From a virus, in the IMG/VR virus record IMGVR_UViG_3300020404_001578, positions 79,639 through 143,638 of that record: 64,000 bases of DNA. The stretch is one strand, 5' to 3'. Positions within the stretch are counted from its first letter, which is position 1; every line of letters begins with the position of its first letter. The position numbers and the translations under genes are program-made. Shown here in pieces: positions 57,624 to 64,000 of the stretch. The notes below the pieces were generated by a model. That model was not told where the DNA came from. It saw nothing but the letters and a program-made list of their open reading frames with translations, and ran no database searches.

Positions 57624-58157
57624 TTACTCTTCTTCTTTATGCGTTAGTGCATTAAGAAGGTCAGTCACTAATTTTCGGTATTCATCGTGCATGGTATCAG
57701 CAAGTGCGCCCTCTGGCCAATTTCCTAGACCGTGCATAGGGCTTCCTTGCATACGCTGAACTTCTTCTTTTAAGAAGTTCATATGGTCTTCATTGTCTGG
57801 CCTAAACCAAACTCCAAAACCGTTTAATTCTTGGGCGTACATCACTTTCTGGATAAAGAGTTCTGGATTTAATTCACCAGAGTCCTCATCCCATATACCA
57901 CTTGTTACAGGGTATTTTCGTAAAATACTTCTATTGTAACATTCCTTTGAACAATAGAACATTATCTTATGTTTGACAATATCTCCTGTAGGTTCTAACC
58001 TATGTATTATCATAGGTGTAACAGTAGTTTCTTTACAAGATTTGTCCTGATTTTTACGCCAAGGCTTCATAAATAAGCCATTTCCGTTATACCTTTCTAA
58101 TTGCAAAGGGACAGGAATACTGCCACCATTACATTTTATTGGTGATACTTGTAGCAT
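57624..58157 (-). CDS. Hypothetical protein
   Basis: Contains YCSKEC; bounded by hairpin elements. Confidence 0.55.
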   Translation of the reverse strand: MLQVSPIKCNGGSIPVPLQLERYNGNGLFMKPWRKNQDKSCKETTVTPMIIHRLEPTGDIVKHKIMFYCSKECYNRSILRKYPVTSGIWDEDSGELNPELFIQKVMYAQELNGFGVWFRPDNEDHMNFLKEEVQRMQGSPMHGLGNWPEGALADTMHDEYRKLVTDLLNALTHKEEE

Positions 58158-58166
58158 CTAAGGCCG

Positions 58167-58295
58167 TTAAGCCAGTAATTGAATAACAACTACTGCACCT
58201 ATACCGAATAAAAGCCATGGTAGTGCATCTGTAACTAGATTTACTGCTTGTACCTTTAGATTGTATAGAGCATCGTCTAAATTGTCGTCTTTCAT
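58167..58295 (-). CDS. 42-aa membrane microprotein
   Basis: MKDDNLDD...LPWLLFGIGAVVVIQLLA; its stop codon lies in the loop of the next hairpin. Confidence 0.6.
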   Translation of the reverse strand: MKDDNLDDALYNLKVQAVNLVTDALPWLLFGIGAVVVIQLLA

Positions 58296-58316
58296 ACCTA
58301 GGGCCAATTGGCCTGT

Positions 58317-59444
58317 TTATTCGTAGTCACGGATTGTGATTCCCACTGGGAATCTTGGAACTCCATCATCAGTAAGTTCTTGATATCGGACAGTCAATTG
58401 CTTTCCGATGTATTCATTACCGTTTTGGAAGAGTTCTGTTCTGTACTCATGTGTTCCACGTGGTCTGACACGGAAGGTCTGTCCTTTAGGAGTTTCACAT
58501 TCCCAAATAACAGTACCCGCATCATTTCCTGTTGCCTCAGTAAAGCCAACAATCTTGTACTCACCGTCCAAGAAGGTCTTCACCTTCTGTAAGTCAGCAC
58601 TTCGCTTTCCGATTGCGTAGGCACCTTTCTGGTTTCTAACCATGGCACCTTCGTAACCTTCTTCTACAAATCTTGCTTGTGCTTGGTGAATTTCTAATTC
58701 GTTATTCACCGTAATGTTCTCTACAAGAGTCAAATACTCAGCACCGTCAGTAACTTTGGTGATTAAGTCGTATCTCTCTGTAAAGTCCGCACTAGCCTTC
58801 ATCAAATGAACACAGTCGTATACACGCAAGGAAACTTGGAGCATTTGCTCGTCATTCCCCGGTTTTAGCGTTACACGTTTTACAAGTCCTACAAGTTCTT
58901 GAAATGTCAAAGTATCAGAATATAGTTCACCATCTAATATCAAAGATTGGTCCTTGTTGTTTGCAAGCACGTCTTTCTTGATATGTTCTAGATGAGGAAA
59001 CTCCTTTCCTTTTCTTGACATTAGTGTTACATCTTTGCCTTTCAATACTGCAAGGCATCTAACACCGTCAAACTTTCTCTGTACAAATGCCGGATAGTTG
59101 ATGTTATGCTTACGCTTGTTAAACGGGTGCGCTAGCATAGGGAGCAACTTTACTTGAGTTTGCGCTTCTTCAATAGTATCAAAGTACGCTTCATCTCTTT
59201 TCTTTTTCAACTTTGAATTAGATTCAAAGATTGCTTGCTCTTGTGCTGTACGCTTTTGTTTGCCTACATCAATTACCTGTCCTGCGGTTTGTTTTAGTTT
59301 ACCGTCAGTTTGTCCAGATTCAACTTTCAACAGATATCCTGTTGCCGTCTTCTCCACCCAAGCCCTCCATTGTTGGATTTTGCCTGTACTGGTTTTCTTG
59401 TATACGGTTTGTGTTTCGTATATGATTTCGCTTTCGCTAGTCAT
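58317..59444 (-). CDS. lig: ATP-dependent DNA ligase
   Basis: PMLA, QRKFDGVRC, LDGELY, YEGAMVR, KVK, RYQELTDDGVPRFP. Confidence 0.95.
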   Translation of the reverse strand: MTSESEIIYETQTVYKKTSTGKIQQWRAWVEKTATGYLLKVESGQTDGKLKQTAGQVIDVGKQKRTAQEQAIFESNSKLKKKRDEAYFDTIEEAQTQVKLLPMLAHPFNKRKHNINYPAFVQRKFDGVRCLAVLKGKDVTLMSRKGKEFPHLEHIKKDVLANNKDQSLILDGELYSDTLTFQELVGLVKRVTLKPGNDEQMLQVSLRVYDCVHLMKASADFTERYDLITKVTDGAEYLTLVENITVNNELEIHQAQARFVEEGYEGAMVRNQKGAYAIGKRSADLQKVKTFLDGEYKIVGFTEATGNDAGTVIWECETPKGQTFRVRPRGTHEYRTELFQNGNEYIGKQLTVRYQELTDDGVPRFPVGITIRDYE

Positions 59445-59453
59445 CTAGGGTCC

Positions 59454-59612
59454 TTAGACCAGTATTAGTCCGATAGCGGCTACAAATATTACCGACGCTA
59501 TTGGTTCTCTTGACAACTTCCTTCGTAGGTAGTACGAAAGGTGGTCAATTATTTTTAATCCATCCATTACAATAAATAGTAAAAGCACGGCTAACCAAAA
59601 TTTTTGGTCCAT
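59454..59612 (-). CDS. 52-aa two-helix membrane microprotein
   Basis: MDQKFWLAVLLLFIV...VIFVAAIGLILV; its stop codon lies in the loop of the next hairpin. Confidence 0.6.
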   Translation of the reverse strand: MDQKFWLAVLLLFIVMDGLKIIDHLSYYLRRKLSREPIASVIFVAAIGLILV

Positions 59613-59630
59613 CTAGGGCCGTAAGGCCTT

Positions 59631-59969
59631 TTACCATGTTTTTGGCATGATAGTTAGTTTGTAGTCGCATCCTTCAAACAAGGTATGCTCACGCATACTA
59701 TGTAGCAACTCAAGTAATTCAGTCGCTAGTTCAAACGTCTTTGGATACCAGAAAAGTTCGTAGGTAGTTACCCTACCCTGTACTTCATTGGTTTCCGACC
59801 ACTTTAGGTCCTTTACGTTTGGAGGTTTGTCAGTGCGTACTTCTACTTCCCAACCATCAAAATTGTATTTCTTCTGATGTAGTTCATCAGGCATCATATC
59901 GTTCCATAAATGCCCGTCGTCTAAAGACGACATTTTACGGATAACTGTAACAGCATAAAGCCATTCCAT
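59631..59969 (-). CDS. Hypothetical protein
   Basis: ORF bounded by hairpin elements. Confidence 0.55.
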   Translation of the reverse strand: MEWLYAVTVIRKMSSLDDGHLWNDMMPDELHQKKYNFDGWEVEVRTDKPPNVKDLKWSETNEVQGRVTTYELFWYPKTFELATELLELLHSMREHTLFEGCDYKLTIMPKTW

Positions 59970-59987
59970 ACTAGGGCCATTAGGCCA

Positions 59988-60305
59988 TTATTGCTCTTGC
60001 TCTTTCCTACAAATGGGACACCATGTCCCATCTTCTCTTGGTTGGCATAGCCACGTTCCACCTTCTTCAAGGTGCTTTATCCAATACGTGAACTTTTTGC
60101 GATAGCAATATGCTTCTTTTCCAATAGTTCTTCGCAAGGTGCGTAGTTCGTCAATGATATTTTTCTCACCGACAGATTTTCCCCATTCCAGCCTACTTTT
60201 CTCTTCTCGTAAGTAATACTTCGTTGAGAGAATTTCGCCCCCGGGGTGTGCCAATAGATGTATGTAATACAGCCAGTTGGTTGTTTCTTTGGATAGTTCA
60301 TCCAT
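59988..60305 (-). CDS. Hypothetical protein
   Basis: C-terminal C..CPIC; bounded by hairpin elements. Confidence 0.55.
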   Translation of the reverse strand: MDELSKETTNWLYYIHLLAHPGGEILSTKYYLREEKSRLEWGKSVGEKNIIDELRTLRRTIGKEAYCYRKKFTYWIKHLEEGGTWLCQPREDGTWCPICRKEQEQ

Positions 60306-60328
60306 CTATGGCCATGTGGCCTATTTTT

Positions 60329-60405
60329 TGGCGGACGTACAGGGATTTGAACCCCGGTAATCGGCTTAGAAGGCCGAGATGATATCCAAACTACATCATA
60401 CGTCC
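60329..60405 (-). tRNA. tRNA-Arg (anticodon TCT), CCA encoded
   Basis: Acceptor stem GGACGTA/TACGTCC, anticodon arm TCGGC-CTTCTAA-GCCGA, T loop TTCAAAT, 3' GCCA followed by an A-run; no intron. Confidence 0.92.
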
Positions 60406-60427
60406 ATTACTAGGGCCTCTCGGCCTT

Positions 60428-60910
60428 TCAAGGGAAAGGGTGAGGTATCGGCTTCAATAAGAAGAAGTCGTCCTTATTTCCCTTTTTAATATTCTTGAAG
60501 AGTATCTTTATGATAGGACACTCTTGCGTTATTAGTAAGCAATCCCAGTTAAATCCATCATCAGCACCATTTGGCCATCGGCCAATAGGGTATTGTAATA
60601 CAATACCTTGTGCTACGTGTTCACAATCAATGTTATCATTCATACGATGAAGGCCATCAATTAATTCTTCAAAGAAAGTAAGTATTTGTGATTGGGTCCT
60701 AGTACCGAACTCAAAAAATCCACCTTTTGTGTCATCTCCCATAGGAGGTGATTCATGGTGTTGTAATTCAAGTTGCCAATACGGACCATGCGAATCTAAT
60801 ACTTCTCCCATGGATTTATTCATTGCTCGTTTTAATTCTGACACCAAAGGACTAATTGCCTTTGGTTCTATAGGAACCAATATCCTACGTTTCATCTTTG
60901 GATGCGTCAT
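60428..60910 (-). CDS. Hypothetical protein
   Basis: ORF bounded by hairpin elements. Confidence 0.55.
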   Translation of the reverse strand: MTHPKMKRRILVPIEPKAISPLVSELKRAMNKSMGEVLDSHGPYWQLELQHHESPPMGDDTKGGFFEFGTRTQSQILTFFEELIDGLHRMNDNIDCEHVAQGIVLQYPIGRWPNGADDGFNWDCLLITQECPIIKILFKNIKKGNKDDFFLLKPIPHPFP

Positions 60911-60921
60911 CTAAGGGCCTT

Positions 60922-61434
60922 TCAGCCCAACATTAGTATGTCTACATGGTAGTGGGAATCTCCCCACCATTCTGGTGTCTTGTATCGGTTTCTGTTAATA
61001 TGGTATTCATTTCTAATTACCCTTAATACAGAAGCGGCGGTCCATTTACCACCTCTTTTACCTAAAGTTCCAGATTTATTCATTTTCTTTGCAACATAAG
61101 ATGCACTTCGCTCATCTTTGTAATACAAATATCTCATGTAATCAATAAGGTCCTGTTCTTCCCAATTAGGTTTAACAGTACCATCAACAACATTATCCCA
61201 ACCAAATATACTGCTAGTGAATATTTGTCCACTGTCTTTCAGTTTATCCATTGCTACTCTTGTACGCCTTGCCATTTCACTTCTAGAAATGTACTTGTCA
61301 TCTAAACAAGTTTCATCAAGAGCCGCCACTAGGTTCTTCAAATCTTTATAATCTTTGAAATAGTAATCTTCAGTAATTAGGTATTCTTTCAGTTTGATAA
61401 TGCCTTCACGGAGTTTCTTCATTCGTTTATCCAT
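60922..61434 (-). CDS. Protein with a serine-recombinase-type DNA-binding domain and no catalytic domain
   Basis: SYVAKKMNKSGTLGKRGGKWTAASVLRVI; start reassigned to MDKRM (61434). Confidence 0.55.
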   Translation of the reverse strand: MDKRMKKLREGIIKLKEYLITEDYYFKDYKDLKNLVAALDETCLDDKYISRSEMARRTRVAMDKLKDSGQIFTSSIFGWDNVVDGTVKPNWEEQDLIDYMRYLYYKDERSASYVAKKMNKSGTLGKRGGKWTAASVLRVIRNEYHINRNRYKTPEWWGDSHYHVDILMLG

Positions 61435-61451
61435 GTCTAAGAGCCTCTGGC

Positions 61452-61688
61452 TCATTCTAGTGGATGGGTAACGTTCTTATCTCCAAGAACCCATCGCAGT
61501 GATTTAATCACACCCTCCAAGGCTTTGTAATTACGCATATGAGAAATACGAACTTTCTTCGGTATTCCCTTCTTCTGCATTTGCAAGAAGTGTTGATTTT
61601 GTTTGCGTTCAGCCTTATCTAACATATTTTCTATTTGCTCCCACGTGGTATTGTAGGAGAAATGTTCGCTGTCTTGATGGTCATTCAT
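61452..61688 (-). CDS. Small helical hypothetical protein
   Basis: 78 aa; LEGVIKSLRWVLG. Confidence 0.55.
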   Translation of the reverse strand: MNDHQDSEHFSYNTTWEQIENMLDKAERKQNQHFLQMQKKGIPKKVRISHMRNYKALEGVIKSLRWVLGDKNVTHPLE

Positions 61689-61744
61689 CTATGAGGCCTC
61701 TTAAGCAGGCCCCCGTAACTGTAGTATTTAATCTACTCTAAGGA

Positions 61745-62269
61745 CTACTCAAGTAGCCCAGTTGTGTATTGTTTGACTTCTTTGATTAACTGATTTGCTT
61801 CCAAGTAATGAAAGTTATCAATATGGCTATCAATTGTTGAGTACGGCACTCCATGAATGCATCTTTCAAGCAATTTATGTGCCACTTCTTGTGTTGCATC
61901 CTCGCCAAGGTTGTGACAGTACCCGATTAAATCAGGTTCATAGATAATACAATCTACACCTGCTAACTTAGCCAACCAGATGTAAGGAGCGATTTCCCAG
62001 TAATTGATGAACGTGTTAGCCACGATTACATCTTTACCAAGGTATAAGTCTTCCATTACTCTTGTTGTTGTTTCGGTGTGCGCACGGCTTAGAAACCGTT
62101 TGTCAAACTTGTATTCGCCATCTTTAGTTGTGAACCAGTCGTCTGTTGAGTGTATAGCAGGATTCAAAATAAGGTCTACACCCATGGTAAAAATTATTTC
62201 ATCCCGTAGTTTCTCAGCAAACGTAGATTTGCCACAACCTGATGGACCCCTTACAAGATGTAGGGTCAT
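61745..62269 (-). CDS. AAA_33-type P-loop polynucleotide or nucleotide kinase
   Basis: VRGPSGCGKST, HSTDDWF, VANTF, HGVP; start MTLHL (62269). Confidence 0.8.
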   Translation of the reverse strand: MTLHLVRGPSGCGKSTFAEKLRDEIIFTMGVDLILNPAIHSTDDWFTTKDGEYKFDKRFLSRAHTETTTRVMEDLYLGKDVIVANTFINYWEIAPYIWLAKLAGVDCIIYEPDLIGYCHNLGEDATQEVAHKLLERCIHGVPYSTIDSHIDNFHYLEANQLIKEVKQYTTGLLE

Positions 62270-62282
62270 ACTAAGGAACAGA

Positions 62283-63395
62283 TTACTCTTGCTCCAAATT
62301 TCCTGACATATATCGTGATTTAACTTCATCGTAAAATTTGTCAGGGTTTAGTTCTAGTAGTTCTTTCATATCGTCGGTTAGCAAATGAGGGTTCTTCTTC
62401 AAGAACCCCTCTATTGCATTTCTTTGGTGAAAATCTGCTAATTTACCGTCGGTTGCCATGTGGTTGGTCTGATGCAGTAATGGATTACCATTCATTTGCT
62501 TCAGACTCCAAGCAATACCGTTAGAGTCAGTAGTCAGTACAGCATCTCTTGGGTCGCTAAACTCAAGATTTACTATACGTTCAAACTGGTCAGCGATTCG
62601 GTTTGATTCAGCCTCTCGGTAATCAAGTTTCATTAACGCTACAACTTGCAGTATTGCATTTGTTTCACTTGATGTTGCCATACTGTCATTGTTTTCCATT
62701 AACCGTTTGACTTGATTAACAATATATTCTTCGCCTCCGAAATACCTTGCATGTACATCGTCTGCTATTTTACCTGCTCCCGAATTGTACCACCATCCCG
62801 GTGCGATATCAACTAGTTCGTATTCGTATCCAAGTTCTTTGAAAAAGAAAAGATTTGCTTCATGGAAAAATGTCTTGTGACCTCCAGATGCATACTCATT
62901 ATCTTCACCTTCTCTCCATACTCTTGAAATATAATTCCCTCTTCCGTGAGGGTATTTTCTTAAGTATACATTGAATATATAGGGATGTATTTTGATGCAA
63001 TAAACAGTTTTGGTAGTTTTGTTTACGATATATGTGATACCGTTTTCCATCTGCCATAAGGATAATCGGGCCATCTTTCTAAAATGGTCTTCAAACCATC
63101 TCATAATCATCTTACGTTCTTTTCTGCTTGTCTTGCTTGAAAATACGTGGTAAGACCCTTGTCCGTTCCATTTGTTCATTCCATTTACCCACCGATACCC
63201 TGCATCCTTTTTGTGTTCTGCAAGTTTTGTATCAAAGTAGTAATCAAAGCGTTCATCAAAGGTCATTTTTGCTTCCATATCAGCAATCATGCCTTCCAGA
63301 TGTTCTATCCCACCCTTCGCATCACCAAAGTATTCAACTTTAGGTGTAGAAGGTTTCTTTTTCTTCTTGAATTGTCTAGATTTTCGTCTAGCCAT
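62283..63395 (-). CDS. Hypothetical protein
   Basis: 370 aa with a basic N-terminus. Confidence 0.6.
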   Translation of the reverse strand: MARRKSRQFKKKKKPSTPKVEYFGDAKGGIEHLEGMIADMEAKMTFDERFDYYFDTKLAEHKKDAGYRWVNGMNKWNGQGSYHVFSSKTSRKERKMIMRWFEDHFRKMARLSLWQMENGITYIVNKTTKTVYCIKIHPYIFNVYLRKYPHGRGNYISRVWREGEDNEYASGGHKTFFHEANLFFFKELGYEYELVDIAPGWWYNSGAGKIADDVHARYFGGEEYIVNQVKRLMENNDSMATSSETNAILQVVALMKLDYREAESNRIADQFERIVNLEFSDPRDAVLTTDSNGIAWSLKQMNGNPLLHQTNHMATDGKLADFHQRNAIEGFLKKNPHLLTDDMKELLELNPDKFYDEVKSRYMSGNLEQE

Positions 63396-63406
63396 ACTAA
63401 GAGGTG

Positions 63407-63691
63407 TTATTCCTCAATTGTTAAGAATTGTTCCAATTCCCGTAGTTCAGGGTCGTACTTTAATTCTAATTTTGCCCATTCATCGTACTTTGGTGGAAGA
63501 CCTATGCCTTCGTAGTTTAGGTTTCCATTGTTTACTTCATTTGATTCTCTATCTCTAGCATCTAGCCACTTTGGATGGCGACGTTCAATAGTGATACAAA
63601 GTTCACAACACCAATCTTGATTGAACATGGACATTCTAAATCCGCCACGGGTTATACCGCAACGGTCACACTTTGCCTTTGGCATAGTCAT
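63407..63691 (-). CDS. Small Zn-binding protein
   Basis: CDRC..MSMFN..CCELC..YEGIGLP. Confidence 0.6.
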   Translation of the reverse strand: MTMPKAKCDRCGITRGGFRMSMFNQDWCCELCITIERRHPKWLDARDRESNEVNNGNLNYEGIGLPPKYDEWAKLELKYDPELRELEQFLTIEE

Positions 63692-63702
63692 GTCTAAGGA
63701 GG

Positions 63703-63939
63703 CTATTCCTCCAATATGTCAATATAGTCTTGAAGAAATATTGCTACATCTTTCCAGTATGCTACTTCTTGATTACCATGCTTTAAGTTGTAATTCTCCT
63801 TTTCAAGTTCTTTGATTTTCTTTTCTAAAATTCTTACTTGTTCTCTTAACCTACTATTGTAATCTTGCTCCCTTCTATACAAGTCTTGAGTCTTGTGAGG
63901 GTCACCAGTGTAGGGGTTTCTATTACTGAAACTTACCAT
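63703..63939 (-). CDS. Small coiled-coil protein
   Basis: LREQVRILEKKIKELEKEN. Confidence 0.55.
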   Translation of the reverse strand: MVSFSNRNPYTGDPHKTQDLYRREQDYNSRLREQVRILEKKIKELEKENYNLKHGNQEVAYWKDVAIFLQDYIDILEE

Positions 63940-64000
63940 ATCTAGGGCCTATTGGCCATCAGTTCTTTTTATCTTCCACGTACACACTATCATTAAGCGT

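Larger units (their letters stand above)
56207..63957 (-). promoter_or_regulatory. Array of 19 hairpin-(C/T/A)TAG gene-boundary elements
   Basis: Elements begin on the + strand at 56207, 56767, 56906, 57240, 57605, 58158, 58298, 59445, 59613, 59971, 60306, 60410, 60911, 61437, 61689, 62271, 63397, 63694 and 63942. Confidence 0.85.

Noticed and set aside
60329-60405. tRNA as a provirus attachment site or host boundary
   Set aside because: Virus-like genes with the same hairpin element continue on both sides; no integrase or duplicated tRNA 3' end was seen.
56207-63957. Hairpin elements as a CRISPR array or as SfiI sites
   Set aside because: The 'spacers' are whole genes of very different lengths, the repeat sequence covaries rather than being identical, and no cas genes are seen. 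Loops are mostly 4 nt, not the 5 nt of GGCCN5GGCC.
56207-63957. Classical integron attC cassettes
   Set aside because: The elements are only about 16-25 nt, lack RYYYAAC/GTTRRRY ends, and no tyrosine integrase is visible in the window.
56207-63957. The conserved TAG as the stop codon of the upstream gene, or as a sign of amber recoding
   Set aside because: Upstream genes end at their own stops before or inside the hairpin. Long ORFs are intact in the standard code, and TAG is used as a normal stop elsewhere.
1-64000. Cellular chromosome or NCLDV origin
   Set aside because: No ribosomal or metabolic housekeeping operons. Overlapping operonic genes with archaeal RBSs and archaeal-type MCM, PriS and TFB argue against a eukaryotic virus.

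Overview
This window is a 64-kb piece of a large archaeal virus genome, most likely a tailless, membrane-containing (Varidnaviria-type) virus. The archaeal host is inferred from MCM, PriS, a TFB-like protein and GGTGA ribosome-binding sites. The tailless type is inferred from an FtsK/HerA (A32-like) packaging ATPase, candidate jelly-roll capsid genes, and the absence of a recognisable terminase, portal or tail gene in the window. The layout has five parts. (i) 1-7.4 kb: capsid-like genes, a protamine-like core protein, two RHH regulators, the ATPase and a metzincin. (ii) 7.4-33.6 kb: giant multi-enzyme polyproteins (JAB, HD, guanylate kinase-like, YbjQ, NTase, MazG, ART-like, papain, HAD, Nudix, primase-polymerase plus ligase) whose domains are separated by a recurring (K/R)x-Asn-Pro motif. 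(iii) 31-43 kb: membrane and basic structural proteins with hydrophobic-Gly motifs, headed by a transglutaminase-like protease. (iv) 43-56 kb: RusA, TFB, an iteron-like origin, MCM, ERF and PriS. (v) 56-64 kb: an array of small accessory genes plus a tRNA-Arg, where all 19 gene starts examined are preceded by a covarying GC hairpin plus TAG. The two most novel-looking systems are the NP-delimited polyprotein cargo system and the hairpin-TAG gene-boundary element. All family calls come from motif recognition by eye; no database searches were run.
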